A DNA stretch of 64,000 nt from assembly GCF_006345805.1 (NCBI RefSeq), contig NC_043012.1, positions 7,750,001 through 7,814,000 of the forward strand, in the 5' to 3' direction. Made by a program: the position numbers and the translations under genes. The notes under the pieces were generated by a model that had not been told where the DNA came from, ran no database searches, and saw only the letters and a program-made list of their open reading frames with translations. Within the stretch, counting starts at the first letter, position 1; each line of letters starts with the position of its first letter. This document shows, in pieces, positions 25,359 to 38,640 of the stretch. This DNA is from Octopus sinensis. Lineage: Eukaryota.

Positions 25359-25834
25359 CCGGCTTCAGTTTCTGTCTAGCAGATTCACTCACAAGGCTTT
25401 GGTTGATCCAAGGCTATAGAAGACACCTGCCCAAGCTGTCACATGCTTTGGATCTAAAACTAGAACCATGTGGTTGGGAAGCAAATTTCTTAGCCACACA
25501 GCCACCGTTATTGTTGTTCTCCTTCACTCCTCCCCATCCTTTTCCTCTCTCCACTCTTTCAGATGTGGTCCAGCTCCAGTTATGAACACACACACACACA
25601 CACACACATGCTGTTACATGAAGTAAGAGAGTATGCAGATACTTTGATCCCATTATTTACTATTCTAGGCCTTTCCCCAGTGTTGTACTTGTGCTCCTGG
25701 CAGCAAAGAAACACACGACTACTTTGGTGAATCCGAGGGGAAATGTACCTGAACACTTGTGTGTTTTTGCTATTTTTATTTTGTGTTCCAGCCACAAGTT
25801 GCCCATTTTATTTTCATACAATGCATAATGAGTA

Positions 25835-26178
25835 AAGACCCCCTTAGGTCATGAATGACCATGGGGTTGTACCTAGAAAGTTACCCTCTGGGACACAAAT
25901 CCAGGCAATGTTTTTTTATGGAAGACCAGCAGTCACCCATGCATACCAGCCTCCGCTTTCCATGCCACCAATGTTGTAATGTTGTCAAGGGAAAGGCAAT
26001 GGCTGATGCAGCTTGGCACCAGTGATGTCACACTCATTTCTACAGCTGGGTGAACTGGAGCAACATAAAATAAAGTGTCTTGCTGAAGAACTCAACACAC
26101 AGCCCAATCCAGCAATTGAACTCACTATCTCATGATTGCGAGCCCAGTGCTCTCACCAGTGAGCCATGCACTTTCACA
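25835..26178 (-). mobile_element. SINE family E
   Basis: Reverse-complement homolog of 27787-28120. Confidence 0.75.
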
Positions 26179-27033
26179 TACCTCTTACACTTATGTCATG
26201 TATACATTCTGTAAAATGGTTGGCATATGAAGGGAAGTGAACAGTGAAGGGGGCCTTCCTTTAGTCTTGTTCTGTCAAGGACAGGACAATGTCCCTAATG
26301 CTAGTGCCATAATGTAAATGCACTCAGTACATTCTGTAAAGTAGTTAGTGCTAGGAAGGGCAGCTTGCCTTAAACAACCATGCTCAAAATAAGACGTATA
26401 AATAAGATGTGGTCCCTCAATCTCCCATTGAAGAGAACCCATGCAATACATCGCAGCATGAGAACTAGACTAATGTTGATGATTGTGGCAGCTGCATATC
26501 CAAAATTGTTGTCCATGCTGTGACTTTGTGACTTTTTTGAGATGGTAGGATGGGATTGGGGTGCCTTTTCTAGCAGGTTAAGTAGCTAAAAAAAAGGCTT
26601 CCTCATGGTATGATGCAGTGCAGTACTTTTTGGTATGATATGGTGGTATGGAAAGTGGTGCTTAGCCCTAGTCCAAACCTGATTAAGTAGACTCAGGACC
26701 AAACACATTCCGGCCATGACCATCCCGTCTTATTTTCCAGACACAGTATACCTAAAGTTGAATGGTTTTATATATATATATATATATAAATCTTAAGACT
26801 GCTAGGACTAACTACAACACAGAATCTCCACTTTCATAACTTTACTGCTGATCCCATGATGGTAGTAGCATAGGTGGTAGTGTTAGGGATAGTAATGCAG
26901 ATGGAGGTGGAAGGAAATACTCAGAATGAACTTCACTGATTCTATATCAAAGTAATCTTCATATTATTCCTTCTGTACCTGTCAAAGAATTTCAACACAC
27001 ACTGCACACACATTATCTGGCTTTTAAACATGC

Positions 27034-27120
27034 ACACATACACTGTCTCACATACACACATACACTGTCTCTCACACACACATACACTATCTCTCACACA
27101 CACATACACTGTCTCCCACT
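27034..27120 (+). repeat. About 22-bp minisatellite, 4 copies
   Basis: CATACACT(G/A)TCTC at 27038, 27059, 27081 and 27103. Confidence 0.8.
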
Positions 27121-27786
27121 ACATACACACACGAAAATGCCATAAGCATCGAGTTTAAGTGAGAATATCCTCTCCAATTCAAATGCAATATATTTTTATG
27201 TCTTACTTGACAAAAGATCTTAGTAAAATCTCCACTTAACATTAGGGATTAAACCAGCTTATCTGGCTTTGTCGCTACTACTCCCTCTCTTTCGTGTGTG
27301 TGTGTGTGTGTGTGTGTGTGCATATGAGTATTTTCCTCCTCCTCCTCCTTTCCAGATAATTTGATCTACCTTATTAATTAGGGCCAATATTAGGTAGTCA
27401 CCTGTATGACTTGTTGTTAGGCTATAGATATGATGGACATGGAACGGACACACACACGTATGCGTACCCCCTACAGGACCTAGATCATAAAGATGCTGCT
27501 ATCTGTGACATTTCATATCAGTTGGTTGATTTGCTTCTTTCATCACTGCCTCGTTCACTTGCTATTGAAAATGTGTTGTTGGTTGGATGGATTTGCAAAT
27601 TTTCGTACTTGAAGGAAGTAAGGTGGCAAACAGACAGAATCATTAGCATGCCAGCTATAGTAGAAGACTTGCTGAAGGTTCTGCACAATGGGACTGAGAC
27701 CACAGGGTCAGAAAGCAAGCTTAACAATACAGTCACACTTATACCTATATTTAACCCTTTAGCATTCAGATTATTCTGTCAAATGT

Positions 27787-28120
27787 GAAGGCATATAGCT
27801 CAGGGGTTAGAGCATCGGGCTCACAGTTATGAGGCAGTAAGTTCAATTTCTGGACCAGGCTGTGTGTTGTGTTCTTGAGCAAGAAACTTTATTTCCATGT
27901 CACTCCAGTTCACTCAGCTGTAAAAGTGAGTTGCAATGTCACTGGTGCCAAGCTGTATTGGCCTTTGCCTTTCCCTTGGATAACTTCAGTGGCATGGAGA
28001 AGGTAGGCTGGTATGCATGGTATGCAAGCAGTCTTGCCCAGACTTGTGCCTAGGAGAGGAACTTTCTAGATGCAGTCCCATGGTTATTCATGACCAAAAG
28101 GGGACTTCACCCTTCTGCCC
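27787..28120 (+). mobile_element. SINE family E inserted in a P2 MITE
   Basis: tRNA-like head (TAGCTCAGGGGTTAGAGCA..GTTCAATT). 15-bp TSD TATTCTGTCAAATGT at 27772-27786 and 28121-28135. Confidence 0.85.
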
Positions 28121-28752
28121 TATTCTGTCAAATGTAATATTTATGTATTTACACTATTTAGAATACATCCTGCATTATCTTGTAACCATTTTCATTCCTT
28201 GGTTTGTTTACACTTATACTTTAAAGTTGATGCTTTCTGTAGCAAGTTCATCAGGCATACCCCTCTTCAACCACTGGTTCAACCATTCAGATCAGTTGTT
28301 CCACCATTGGGGTCTTTGAAGGTTGGTCACACTTACTTTGGTCCTCATTTTCAACATTGCCACCCAAGGTGACCCTACCAAGAGTTTAGCACTCTCAGTA
28401 GCATTGCTATTGAAGGCGCCACTCAAAACTATAACTGGATCAGTTGCAGTTCATTGGAGTTTTATAGCTGGATCCTGTAGGTCTCATTCCATATGTGCCA
28501 CAGAAGAATGTCATGAAATCAAGTGTATGGGTCACTTCCTAGCAAGTTGAGATCCACCTTAGATAAATCATGCCATTGGCACTTGTCTCTACTCTTTGAC
28601 AACAACAATACTGTAGAATGGTTGGCGTTAGAGAGAGTGCATGATGCAGCCCCATGTCTCATCGGATCCTATCAAATTATCCAGCCCATACAGGTATGGG
28701 ACATTAAATAATAATTATGATGATGATTTTATATATATATATATAATATATA

Positions 28753-28783
<31 letters not shown>

Positions 28784-28785
28784 AT

Positions 28786-29182
28786 TCTTTTTTGTTTCAG
28801 TTTTTTTACTGTGACCATGCTGGAGCACCACCTTGAAAGGTTTTTTAGTCAAACAAATTGACCCCTGGACTTATATTTTTTTAAGCTTAGTACTTATTCT
28901 ATTGGCCTCTTTTACTGAACTGCTAAGCTACGTGGATGTAAATGCATCAACACCAGTTGACAAGTGGTGATGGAGGTGGGGGGGAAATACACACACACAC
29001 ACATATATATATATGTGTGTGACAGGCTTCTTTCAGTTTCTATCTATCAAATCCACCCACAAGGCTTTGGTCAGCCTAAGGCTATAGTAGAAGACACTTG
29101 CCCAAGGTACCACACAGTAGAGCTGAACCCAGAACCATGTGGTTGGGAAGCAAGCTTCTTACCACCCAGCCACCCCCGCACC
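28786..29182 (-). mobile_element. SINE family A, older copy
   Basis: Diverged match to 16556-16926. Confidence 0.8.
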
Positions 29183-29637
29183 TATGTGTCCAAGAGTAAG
29201 ACAACTGGGGATGATTGGAGTTTAAGCTGATCAAAATGTTGTGTAGATTGTAAATATTGAAAAATGTTCACATCTTGAAAGGTGAGATTAATAGTTGGAA
29301 AAATTATGATCTTTGATCACCTGAACTGTTACCTGAACTAGCTATGATTAATGGTGTTTCTCAATACCTTGTTAACGAGATTAATGAGACAACACATTCA
29401 GCTGGTCACTCTGACCTGCCAAACAGCAACAATAAAATATACATATGGCGCAAAACTAACGAGGAGCTACTTTGTGGACAATCTCCATGCTAGATATAGT
29501 ACTCAAATCTCCTTGATGTCACATTTGACCTTAGTTAAAACAAAATGCGGGGAAAGGTGCTCTGGATTCTGTTGTCCGAGATAGTTTGTGTCTGGTGAGT
29601 GGTGGAGAAAGGATGGGCAAGGCTGGAACATTTTTAA

Positions 29638-30076
29638 CCTTTTGGTATTCAGATTACTCTGTCAAATGTAATGCTCATTTATCCACATTGTTTTGAATTA
29701 ACGATGCATTATCTCATAGTGAAGATTTTGATGGTGTGATTGTTTATTTTTAGAACGACATTGTAGGGTAGATGTAAGAGGCTAGATCTGGTCAGTTTGA
29801 GCATAAAACATTCAAAATTTGGACCTGTTTTTTTTTTTTAACCATTAACCCTTTTGATACTAACCCGGCCAAAACCGGCTCTGGCTCTGTAGTATAAATG
29901 TCTTGTTTTCATAAGTTTTGAATTAAACTCTTCCACCAAACCTTAGTCACGATTTATGGTCCTAACAGTAGCTTAATGATAACTAAGTTATTTTACTAAA
30001 TTCTTTGTTATATTTAAAATAATTGAAAGAAACTCAGAGCATCACAAAATGAATACGGTAATGAAAGGGTTAATGG
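29638..30076 (+). mobile_element. P2 TTAA MITE hosting a P1 MITE
   Basis: TTAA at 29634-29637. P2 body up to about 29845. Residual right end and TTAA at 30077-30080. Confidence 0.65.
29849..30069 (+). mobile_element. piggyBac-like MITE, family P1
   Basis: TTAA|CCCTTT…AAAGGG|TTAA, 221 bp. Homologous to 59795-60015. Confidence 0.85.
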
Positions 30077-30334
30077 TTAATCATATGGGGCTGCATAGGA
30101 CTGTTGGAACAATCAGTACCTCTTTAACACATCATTGCACTCTTTAAAATGGAAATCATCTGTTTTGAGTTTGACCCTTTTTTATTCCTTAAAATATCAC
30201 AAACAACACAAACAGTTACCAACAACAACACCAGTAATGCCATGCAACAGTTTCTGTTGTTACATTAACTTCAGTAACTTGGGCTTCAGGTGGTGTTGGG
30301 GAGGAGGGGATTTGCAGTGGTGGTCATGAGATTG

Positions 30335-30366
<32 letters not shown>

Positions 30367-31113
30367 AGAGAGATGATGATTTATGGATTTGTGTGCGTAT
30401 GATGTGTGCATGGAGAAGGTAGTAGTTGTGGCAATAATGATGATGTATGTGTGGGTTAATGGTGGTGGCGATTATGGATATGTTGTACAGATGTGTGTGT
30501 GTGTCTATTGATGCTTTGTAGATATATGGTTGGAGTAGGGGTAAATGCTTTGTGGGGGTGGGGTGGAAAGGAAGGAAGGAAGGAGCAGTGTGAATGTATA
30601 GTGTATTTTATATTTAGTATGTGGTGTGTCATACTTCGTGATTGTATTTCTGTGTGTGTGTGTGTGTTGTGTGTGTGTGTGTAATATCTGTATACATGTA
30701 TTGTGTGGGTGGTGTATATACATGTATATTTTCAGTGATGAAGTGTGTGTGTGTGTGTGTGATCATAAATATGTGTTTTTTTTTCACACGTGTCCAAACT
30801 TGCCCTGTAGGTGAGCAGCCCTAAGTTAGCAAGAAACAAAGCATTCACGCACACACACACACACACACACTCACACACAGAAAATATATACATACAGATG
30901 CTCTTGTGTGTGTGTGTGTGAGTCACTAGAGAGATAGTTGTTCTCTGTATTGTGATGTGTTAACAGTAAAGTTAGTCCTTCTGGAATAACACTGAGTGGA
31001 AAGCATTCAGATATAGAAACCATTATGTTATTGCTCACATGGACACACAGACACACGCATACACACACACACACACACTTATGTGCCTTCAGTCATGCTA
31101 ATCTCTTTCACTC

Positions 31114-31154
<41 letters not shown>

Positions 31155-31260
31155 TGTGTGTAAAATCCACTGCAACACATACATATATACACTTTTAATG
31201 ATGTTTAATATACAATAAATATATATATACATATATATATACAATGTATATATATATATA

Positions 31261-31384
31261 TATATATATATTGTATATCTATTGTCCTTCATTTTTGACT
31301 GTTAATTCTCTGTTGCTATGGTGTTGGGGATGGCATTGACAGCAGAGAATGTGGTGGTGATGATGATGATGATGATGGCTGGTT
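31261..31384 (+). repeat. Dispersed local duplicate (about 120 bp) of 32903-33017
   Basis: Shared ttgtatatctattgtccttcattttt..gttaattctctgttgctatggtgttgggga..cattgacagcagagaatgtggtg between a (TA)n and a (GAT)n tract. Confidence 0.85.
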
Positions 31385-32875
31385 GTAACAGTGAAGTTGT
31401 TCTTCTTGATGGTGTTGGTGATGGTAATGATGATGATGATGACTGGTAGTGCCAGTGATGTTGTTGGTGCTGATGGTGGTGGCAGCGATCACTGGTATTA
31501 ACAATGATGATGTTATTGATGGCGGTCATGATGGTGGTGGTGGTGGTGGCGGTCATGATGGTGGTAATGGTAGTGCCAGTGATAGTAAAGAGCATATTTG
31601 TGATTAGTGGGTGGTGCAGTTACATTGTTGTCACCACCACCACTGTTACTACCACCAATACTGCAGTCCCTTGATATATTCTCCATAAATGCAATCTTTT
31701 GTGACCCAGTTCCAATTAATTCCCATTTGGGGTTAACTTCACTCAGCTAATTAAAATCCCCCAAGAAACAATAGCACCATCACAACCCTCCGTTTTTTTC
31801 CTCCTAACCCATAATTCTCAAAATTTCTCAGCTGGTTTTAAAATAAACATGTCATTATTACAGATGATGATGTGGCAAGCATCCATAGTACAGTGAGAGG
31901 TTAGTTTGTTTATAAATTGACTAGCTTCACTTCTCTGTTTGAATGATATGAACTTGCAGTGCTGACAATGTTGGTAAAGGATGACAGCCACAAATTCACA
32001 TAAGTTCGTAACCCTTACTTGTTTTTTTTCGACAAAGGGATCTTTTATTTCTCATACTTAGGAAGGCATGAAGTGAGTGAACAAGTTGTTGACAGGGAAA
32101 GTGAGAACACCACCACTGCTCATAACGACCATCATAAAATGTAAACAAACACACAGGTGCACATATGCTTGCACACACATAGACATACAGACCCCACACG
32201 TGTATGTGAGTGCCTGATGTTGACCCGGGTGTGGCTGTGTGGTTAAGAAGTTTGGTTTCCAACCACATGGTTTCAGTCCGGCTGTGTGGTACCTTGGGCA
32301 ATGATGTTGATAATGAACCACACACAATATCATCCTCATCATCATCCTCATCATCATCATCATCATCATCATGCTAGAGCATCATCTTAAAATGTTTTAG
32401 TTGAACAAATCGCCCCCAGTACTTATTTTCAAGTCTGGTATTCATTTCATCGGTCTCTTTTGCTGAACCCATTAAGTTACAGGAATATAAACAAACCAAC
32501 ACTAATTGTCAAAGGAAGAGACAAAGACACACGCACACACACGTGCACACAAACAGGTATCATCATTATCATTTTTATGGCCAAATGCCCTTCCTGTTGC
32601 TATCCCATAACCAGACATGTTGTCCTGGACAAGGACACCACGTACCAGTGGCATTCATTTCCAGCCAAGGCAAGAATGGAGACACACACATATACATGAC
32701 GGGCTTCTTTCAATTTCTGTCTACCAAATCCATTTACATGGCTTTGATCGGCCTGGGGCTGTTGCAGGAAGACACCTGCACAAGGTGCCTTGCAGTGGAA
32801 TTGAACCCAGGACCATGCGGTTGGGAAGCAAACATTTTACCACATAACCATGGCTGCACCTATATATATCATCAT

Positions 32876-32916
<41 letters not shown>

Positions 32917-33649
32917 ATATCTATTGTCCTTCATTTTTTACTGTTAATTCTCTGTTGCTATGGTGTTGGGGATATCATTGACAGCAGAGAATGTGGTGAT
33001 GATGATGCTGGCTGGTTCTGCATTTTTACACACACATACAAACACACACACACACAAACACACTATGGGCTCCCTAACAATTTCTGTTTGCTAGATTCAC
33101 TCATAAATTTACACTCATTTATTGGTTTGGGGCTGTAGTAGAAGACACTTACCCAAGATCCCATGCAGTGGAATTGAACCCAAAACCATATGGTTACAAA
33201 GTGAGCCATGCTGCACCTATACAAGAAACAATGGCAAATATTTCTTTTGTTTACATTCTTAAGTTTAATTCTTCCTGTGGGTTGTGTAACTTAAGAGATG
33301 GGTTTGTGCCATGGTGATAGTCTTTCTATGAGCTATCTGTATTTGTTATTGCTTAGCCCTAGGTTAGTCTTGAATGAATGAACTGGATGTCAGAAGCCTT
33401 CTATCCTTGACCTTCCTCTATTGTGGTGACTAGAACATCATTATCCAAAGTTTCCTTGTGTATAAGATACAATGTAGAAGAGAAATGGCTGTTATATCTA
33501 ATGCATCAAATGATCACATAGGCCATTCATTGGTTTGTTGGAATGTTAAGACACATGGAGTGAACTGGAGCATTGTAGAATTAAGGGCAGTGCCCTAAAT
33601 GCAGGGTGAATTATATTTCAAGACTTACAGGATGTTCATTCAATAGCTG

Positions 33650-34974
33650 TTAAGGTGTTTGGAAAGTGATTGTTTTTTTTCACAACTATGAAATATGAAT
33701 CAACCAATCACATCAGAGCCAAGGTTGAATGGCAGAAACTGTCTAGAAATAGTATATCATCTCTTCTACCCAGCAGAGTGTCATTCATAGTTATTTCAGT
33801 AATTAACCTCATGGGATAAGAACTTTACGAAACATCATATTCGCCATTGCTTGCTGTATGAGCTTCGAAAGAAAAGTACTGCTTCAGAAGCAATTGAAAG
33901 CATTTGTGAAGTGTATCCAGATGTAGTGAGAGCTCATATATGATATGTCAGTTGTGCTTTAAAGATAGTGGTTGTGATATAGATCTGACAAGTCTCGCTC
34001 TGGAAGGCAACCCACTCTGAATGACAACCTTTTGAATGAAACTATTGTTACGAAATCACCAAAATCACCTGTTTGAGCGACGGCAGGTGGTTCGTAACAC
34101 TATTGTATCAGATCCATGTCAAAGCGCCAGAGATTTAATGCAAAAATTTAATGTGTCCTGTTCAGCTATCCATTAACATCTCATACAAATTGGGAAAACA
34201 TGCAAAGAGAGAATTTGGATTCCACATGAGCTTACGCTTGAGAACCGATCACAATGTTCCACCAGCTATGGCAGTCTTCTAACCAAGAATAGCAACCTGT
34301 CATTTCTGCAGTGGATTCTTACAGGTGATGGAAAATGGGTTTTGCACCACAATAGAAAACAAAAAGACAATCATTATTACGTAATGAGAGGTCAGTGTCA
34401 ATAACAAAACCAGAACTCTATCCACAAAAATCTTTCTGTGTTTGATGGAACATGAAAGGTATCGGCCATTATGAGCTTTTGGAACAGGAAAGGACCATCA
34501 GTGCAGATGTCTATTGCCAACACTTTGATTGTATGAATGAGAAATTATGTCGAAAGTGGCCAGCTTTGGTAAACAAAAAAAGTGTTACTCTCCAACATGA
34601 CAATGCATGGCCATACTCTTCAAAACAACCCCAAGAAAAAATAAGATCATTAGGAGGAGAAGTTCTTCCACATCCTCAATACTCACCTGATGTAGCACCT
34701 GCAGACTTCCATCTGTTCTAATTACTAGAACATTTTATAAGAGGCAAAACCTTCAGAAACAAAGAGGAAGTTAAAAACAGTCTTTCAGACATTTTTTTCA
34801 GGAATAGGAATAGGTTTCTATGAAAGTGGCATAAAAAAGTTACTTTCCCATTAGGCTGTAGTAATTAAAAACAATAGTAATTACATATTTGATTAAAACT
34901 ATTCAAATAAACGTAGTTTACAATTGTTTTTATATCCTTTCTGGTAAAACACAATTACTTTCCGAACACCCTAA
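33650..34974 (+). mobile_element. Near full-length mariner (Hsmar1-like terminal repeats), inactivated DD34D transposase
   Basis: Left repeat TTAAGGTGTTTGGAAAGTGATTG. Right repeat (reverse complement) TTAGGGTGTTCGGAAAGTAATTG plus TA. Motifs in order: HIRHCLLYE, SRSGRQP, WIPHEL (34216), TGDGKWV (34321), HDNAWPY, YSPDVAPADFHLF. Several stops and frameshifts. Confidence 0.93.
34046..34099. mobile_element. 54-bp TG..CA hairpin insertion with 4-bp TSD
   Basis: TGTTACGAA…TTCGTAACA flanked by CTAT (34042-34045 and 34100-34103). Removing it restores the mariner frame (NETIVSDPCQSARDL). Confidence 0.7.
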
Positions 34975-37169
34975 TATATTCACGTGAGTTATTGTGCTTC
35001 CATTGTATAATGTGGTGAAGGCATGTGGCTTTGTGGTGAGTGGTTGGGCTCATGGTCATAAGGTAATGAGTTCAATATCTGGTACCATGTTGTGTCATTG
35101 AGCAAGACACTTTATTTCATGTTGCTCCAGTCCACTCAGCTGGTAAAACTGAGCTGTAACTATAATTCAGAGGTTCAAACTTGTCGTTTTCTGTGTCACA
35201 CAAATTCCCTCTCAGAACTATGTTACGGATATGCATATCTGTGGTGTACTCAGCCACTTGCTCATTAATTCCATGAGCAAGTTGTTCCATTGATTGGATC
35301 AGCTGGAACCCTTGTTGTCATAACCAATGGAGTACCAGTTCACTGTAGAGTGTAGGGGCTAGGTATCTGTGGGTTACAGGGTAAGAGGGAGATATGAGGG
35401 TGTGCCAGAGAAAGGATTCTGTAATGTAGGTTAGGACCTGTAAGGTAGGACAGGGCAATGTTGTGTGATAATGAAGGGCTGAAAGATTTAGTGTAGGTGC
35501 TGATTGGTGGCAGGTAGTGGGGAGTATATGGTAATGTGTGGTTAAGGGTGGGGTCTCATGATGTGGCAGTGGTGGTGAGATGGGGGTTGTTATTAAATTG
35601 ATCAAGAAACTAAGGAAGCAGTGTGTTGTGGTGGTGGTGGTGGTGGTGGGGTTATGTTTGTGTGTGGAAGGGGTAACTCTGTCTTGTTAGCCCAGCGTGC
35701 ATGCCATCAGACACAACCATTGTAATGGCTAAAAATATCATTGATTGGTTGGTAGTTAGTTTCCTGCAGCCAGTTGTTTGTGAACACATGCTATTGTATG
35801 ATTGGTCAGATGAAGGAGCGGTGGTGGGGTTATACATGATGAGGTTGTCACAAGATAAATTGCTGTTTGGGGGGGAGAAGTTGTAAATGGCAACTTTAAA
35901 TGAAAGCGTACACACTCACCCATACAAGTGTGTGTGCATATATTTTAAGCTCATTCATTCTCATATCCTCATTTTCTTATCCACACATCATACTTTCGTA
36001 CACATACACACGTTTAAAAACTAGTTTTGTAGAAACTTCTTTCAAAATTGCATTTTTTTTTTTCACACGTTAACTTTGTGTTGGTTGAAATATGTAAAAT
36101 GTTAGAGAAAGAAACCTAGTTTTTTCTTGCAATAAATACCAATTACATACATCTAAAGCAAATTTTTTTCAGGATCCCCAATTTAGTATTTTGTTATGAT
36201 GACCCCAAAAATCTTATATGAACCTTCAAGGGTCATATGAACCCTGGTTGAGAATCACTGCTTTAGACTCACCACTTCCGCCCCTTTTTCTTCAGAATGG
36301 AGCATCTCAAACCAACAGAGACCATCTACATCAGTGGGTTTCAATCAGGGTCCATTTGACCCTTGCAAGTCCCTTAGATTTTGTTAAAAATTATGTGAAA
36401 TAAACCGATTATACTTGTACAATATACTTTACAATTTTTTTTTATGCAATTCTTAAGAATATCATTAAAAATGAAATAGGATTTTTTAGACATTGAATGG
36501 TTATGGGGGCAGGGGACAGCCAAGTAATATAAGAAGCAAAGGAATCCATAGGTGAAATGTGGTTGAGGACCACTGATCAATGTGATCTTTTGACCTGCTA
36601 GAAATAGCAACCAGGACACACACACCCACACCTCCAATCACACTCCTCTCCTGCTTAAGAAAAAGGAAGGACTACTTGGCCAATGTAGTTCTAATATATA
36701 CATAAAAGATGAGATGCTTACAGTTGGAATGTGTTTAGTCATAAGTCTGCTCAATCATGACTGACCTGGGACTAAACCATAACCACCCATCTCACACACA
36801 CACCACCACCACCACCTTCTCATTAACACCACTGTCACCTGCCATACATATACCATCACCAACATCACCCCATCATCATCTTTACAACTACCCCCTTCCT
36901 CCACCCCACCCCCAGCACACTGTCTCTTATCTGGCTGTTCTGCTATTCTTTCCACCCCACCCCATCTTCACACAGTGTTCCTCTTCCCATTCTTCTTTTA
37001 ATCATTCCTTGTTACTCTGTGTGTTTGGTGTGTGTGTGTCTATGCATGCATGTGTGTGTTCGTGTTTAGATAGGGTCTGCATATATACATACAGGTATTA
37101 TTTCTTTACACACATGCGCACACACACACACACACACGTACTTTTGTGTGTGTGTACATATATATATAT

Positions 37170-37200
<31 letters not shown>

Positions 37201-37326
37201 TACATATATATGTGCATGTACATGCATGCACACACATATACATACATACATGTATATTGTGTGTGAGAATGTGCGTGTGTGTGTGTGTAAAGATATATGT
37301 AAGAAAAATGTGTGTGTATGTAAGAA

Positions 37327-37371
<45 letters not shown>

Positions 37372-38325
37372 AGAAGAATGTGTGTGTGTATATGTGTGTA
37401 AGAAGAATATGTGTGTGTGTATGTATATATATTCATATATACATATACGTAATTGTGATTGCAATGCATGTGTAGAAAGATTGGCTATTTATGTATGTAT
37501 GTATGTGTTTAATATACACATATGCGCTATATGTATGTATGTATCTGTCTTTCAGTGCCCTTCATTTATTATCTCTCTCTCTCTCTCTCTCATAAACATA
37601 CTCTTATCTCTATCTTTCTTTCTCAATCTACACTGTTTCCACCCCCACCCCCTCATGATTTATTAAAGCCACCCTCCGACCACCATTGTTTCTCTCCTCT
37701 GGCTCCACCTCTTTCGCCTCATTATTTTTCACCGTTTGTTAGGATAATGTATTTTTATTTTTATCTGATGACAGTGTGTACAGCATGGTGCCTTGGCACT
37801 CTGCCACGCGCACGCACGCATCTGTATGCGCGTGTGTGTGTTGGAGGGGTACTTGACCATGTGGTGTGTTTTATATGGCCTTGCGTATGCGCTTTAAAAG
37901 TAAGTTTGTGCATGTGTTTGTATGCATGTATAGCTATGCATTTGTGGGGCTGTGCATGTGAGTGCACGTATGGCTATACATCTCCTTATGTGTTTATAAG
38001 GATGGTTGTTTGTGTGTGTGCGTGTGTGTTTCAACCTATATTGTTTGTATAATGGTTGGAGCAGTTGTTAATGGTGAAGCTCCCCCCAGCCAACCACCAC
38101 GCCACCACTTCTACTCTACTGCCACATCAATGTTTGCTGTGGAAGGCCCACCATGTGTCTTTGGTTACGAACTGTGAGCATCTGATAGTGGCGTTTTTTG
38201 TTTAAGGGCAGCTTGTGGCGGTTATAGTGGTGAATCTTAATTGTAAGATGGAAGATGTATGGACTGAACATGGAGTGGTAGTGGTGGTCTCCTCTTCCTC
38301 TTTTCCTACTCCTCATATTCCTCCT

Positions 38326-38640
38326 CTTCCACCGCATCCGCTTCCACCGCATCCACTTCCACCTCATCCCCTTCCCCTGCATCCTCTTCCACTGCATCAT
38401 CTACCGCCGCATCCTCTTCCACCACATCCTCTTCCGCCGCATCATCTTCCGCCGCATCATCTTCCACCTCATCCTCTTCCACTGCATCCTCTTCCACCAC
38501 ATCCTCTTCCACCTCATCCTCTTCCACCGCATCCACTTCCACCTTATCCTCTTCCACCTCATCCTCTTCCACTTCATCCTCTTCCACCACATCCACTTCC
38601 ATCTCATCCTCTTCCACCACATCCACTTCCACCTCATCCT
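38326..38640 (+). repeat. 15-bp tandem repeat, 21 units, no indels
   Basis: Unit CTTCCACCNCATCCT. Reads (LPPHP)n on the plus strand and (EEDEV)n or (RMRWK)n on the minus strand. Confidence 0.97.

Noticed and set aside
27477-27617. 141-nt exon-like frame (DLDHKDAAICDISYQ…SYLKE)
   Set aside because: The donor overlaps a SINE 5' end, the phase (0) does not fit the DET1 intron, and I recognise no homology.
29545-29594. ATG exon resembling a signal peptide (MRGKVLWILLSEIVCV) with a GTGAGT donor
   Set aside because: The downstream acceptors I tried (about 31864, 32059 and 54461) give immediate stops, and there is a charged residue in the hydrophobic core.
31302-31595. Thr/Ile/His-rich ORFs, and similar ones at 18055-18457, 22145-23112, 37066-37666 and 42588-43138
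   Set aside because: They are translations of mixed tri- and dinucleotide microsatellites.
38326-38640. CRISPR-like or other spacer array
   Set aside because: The units are contiguous with no unique spacers, and the context is eukaryotic.
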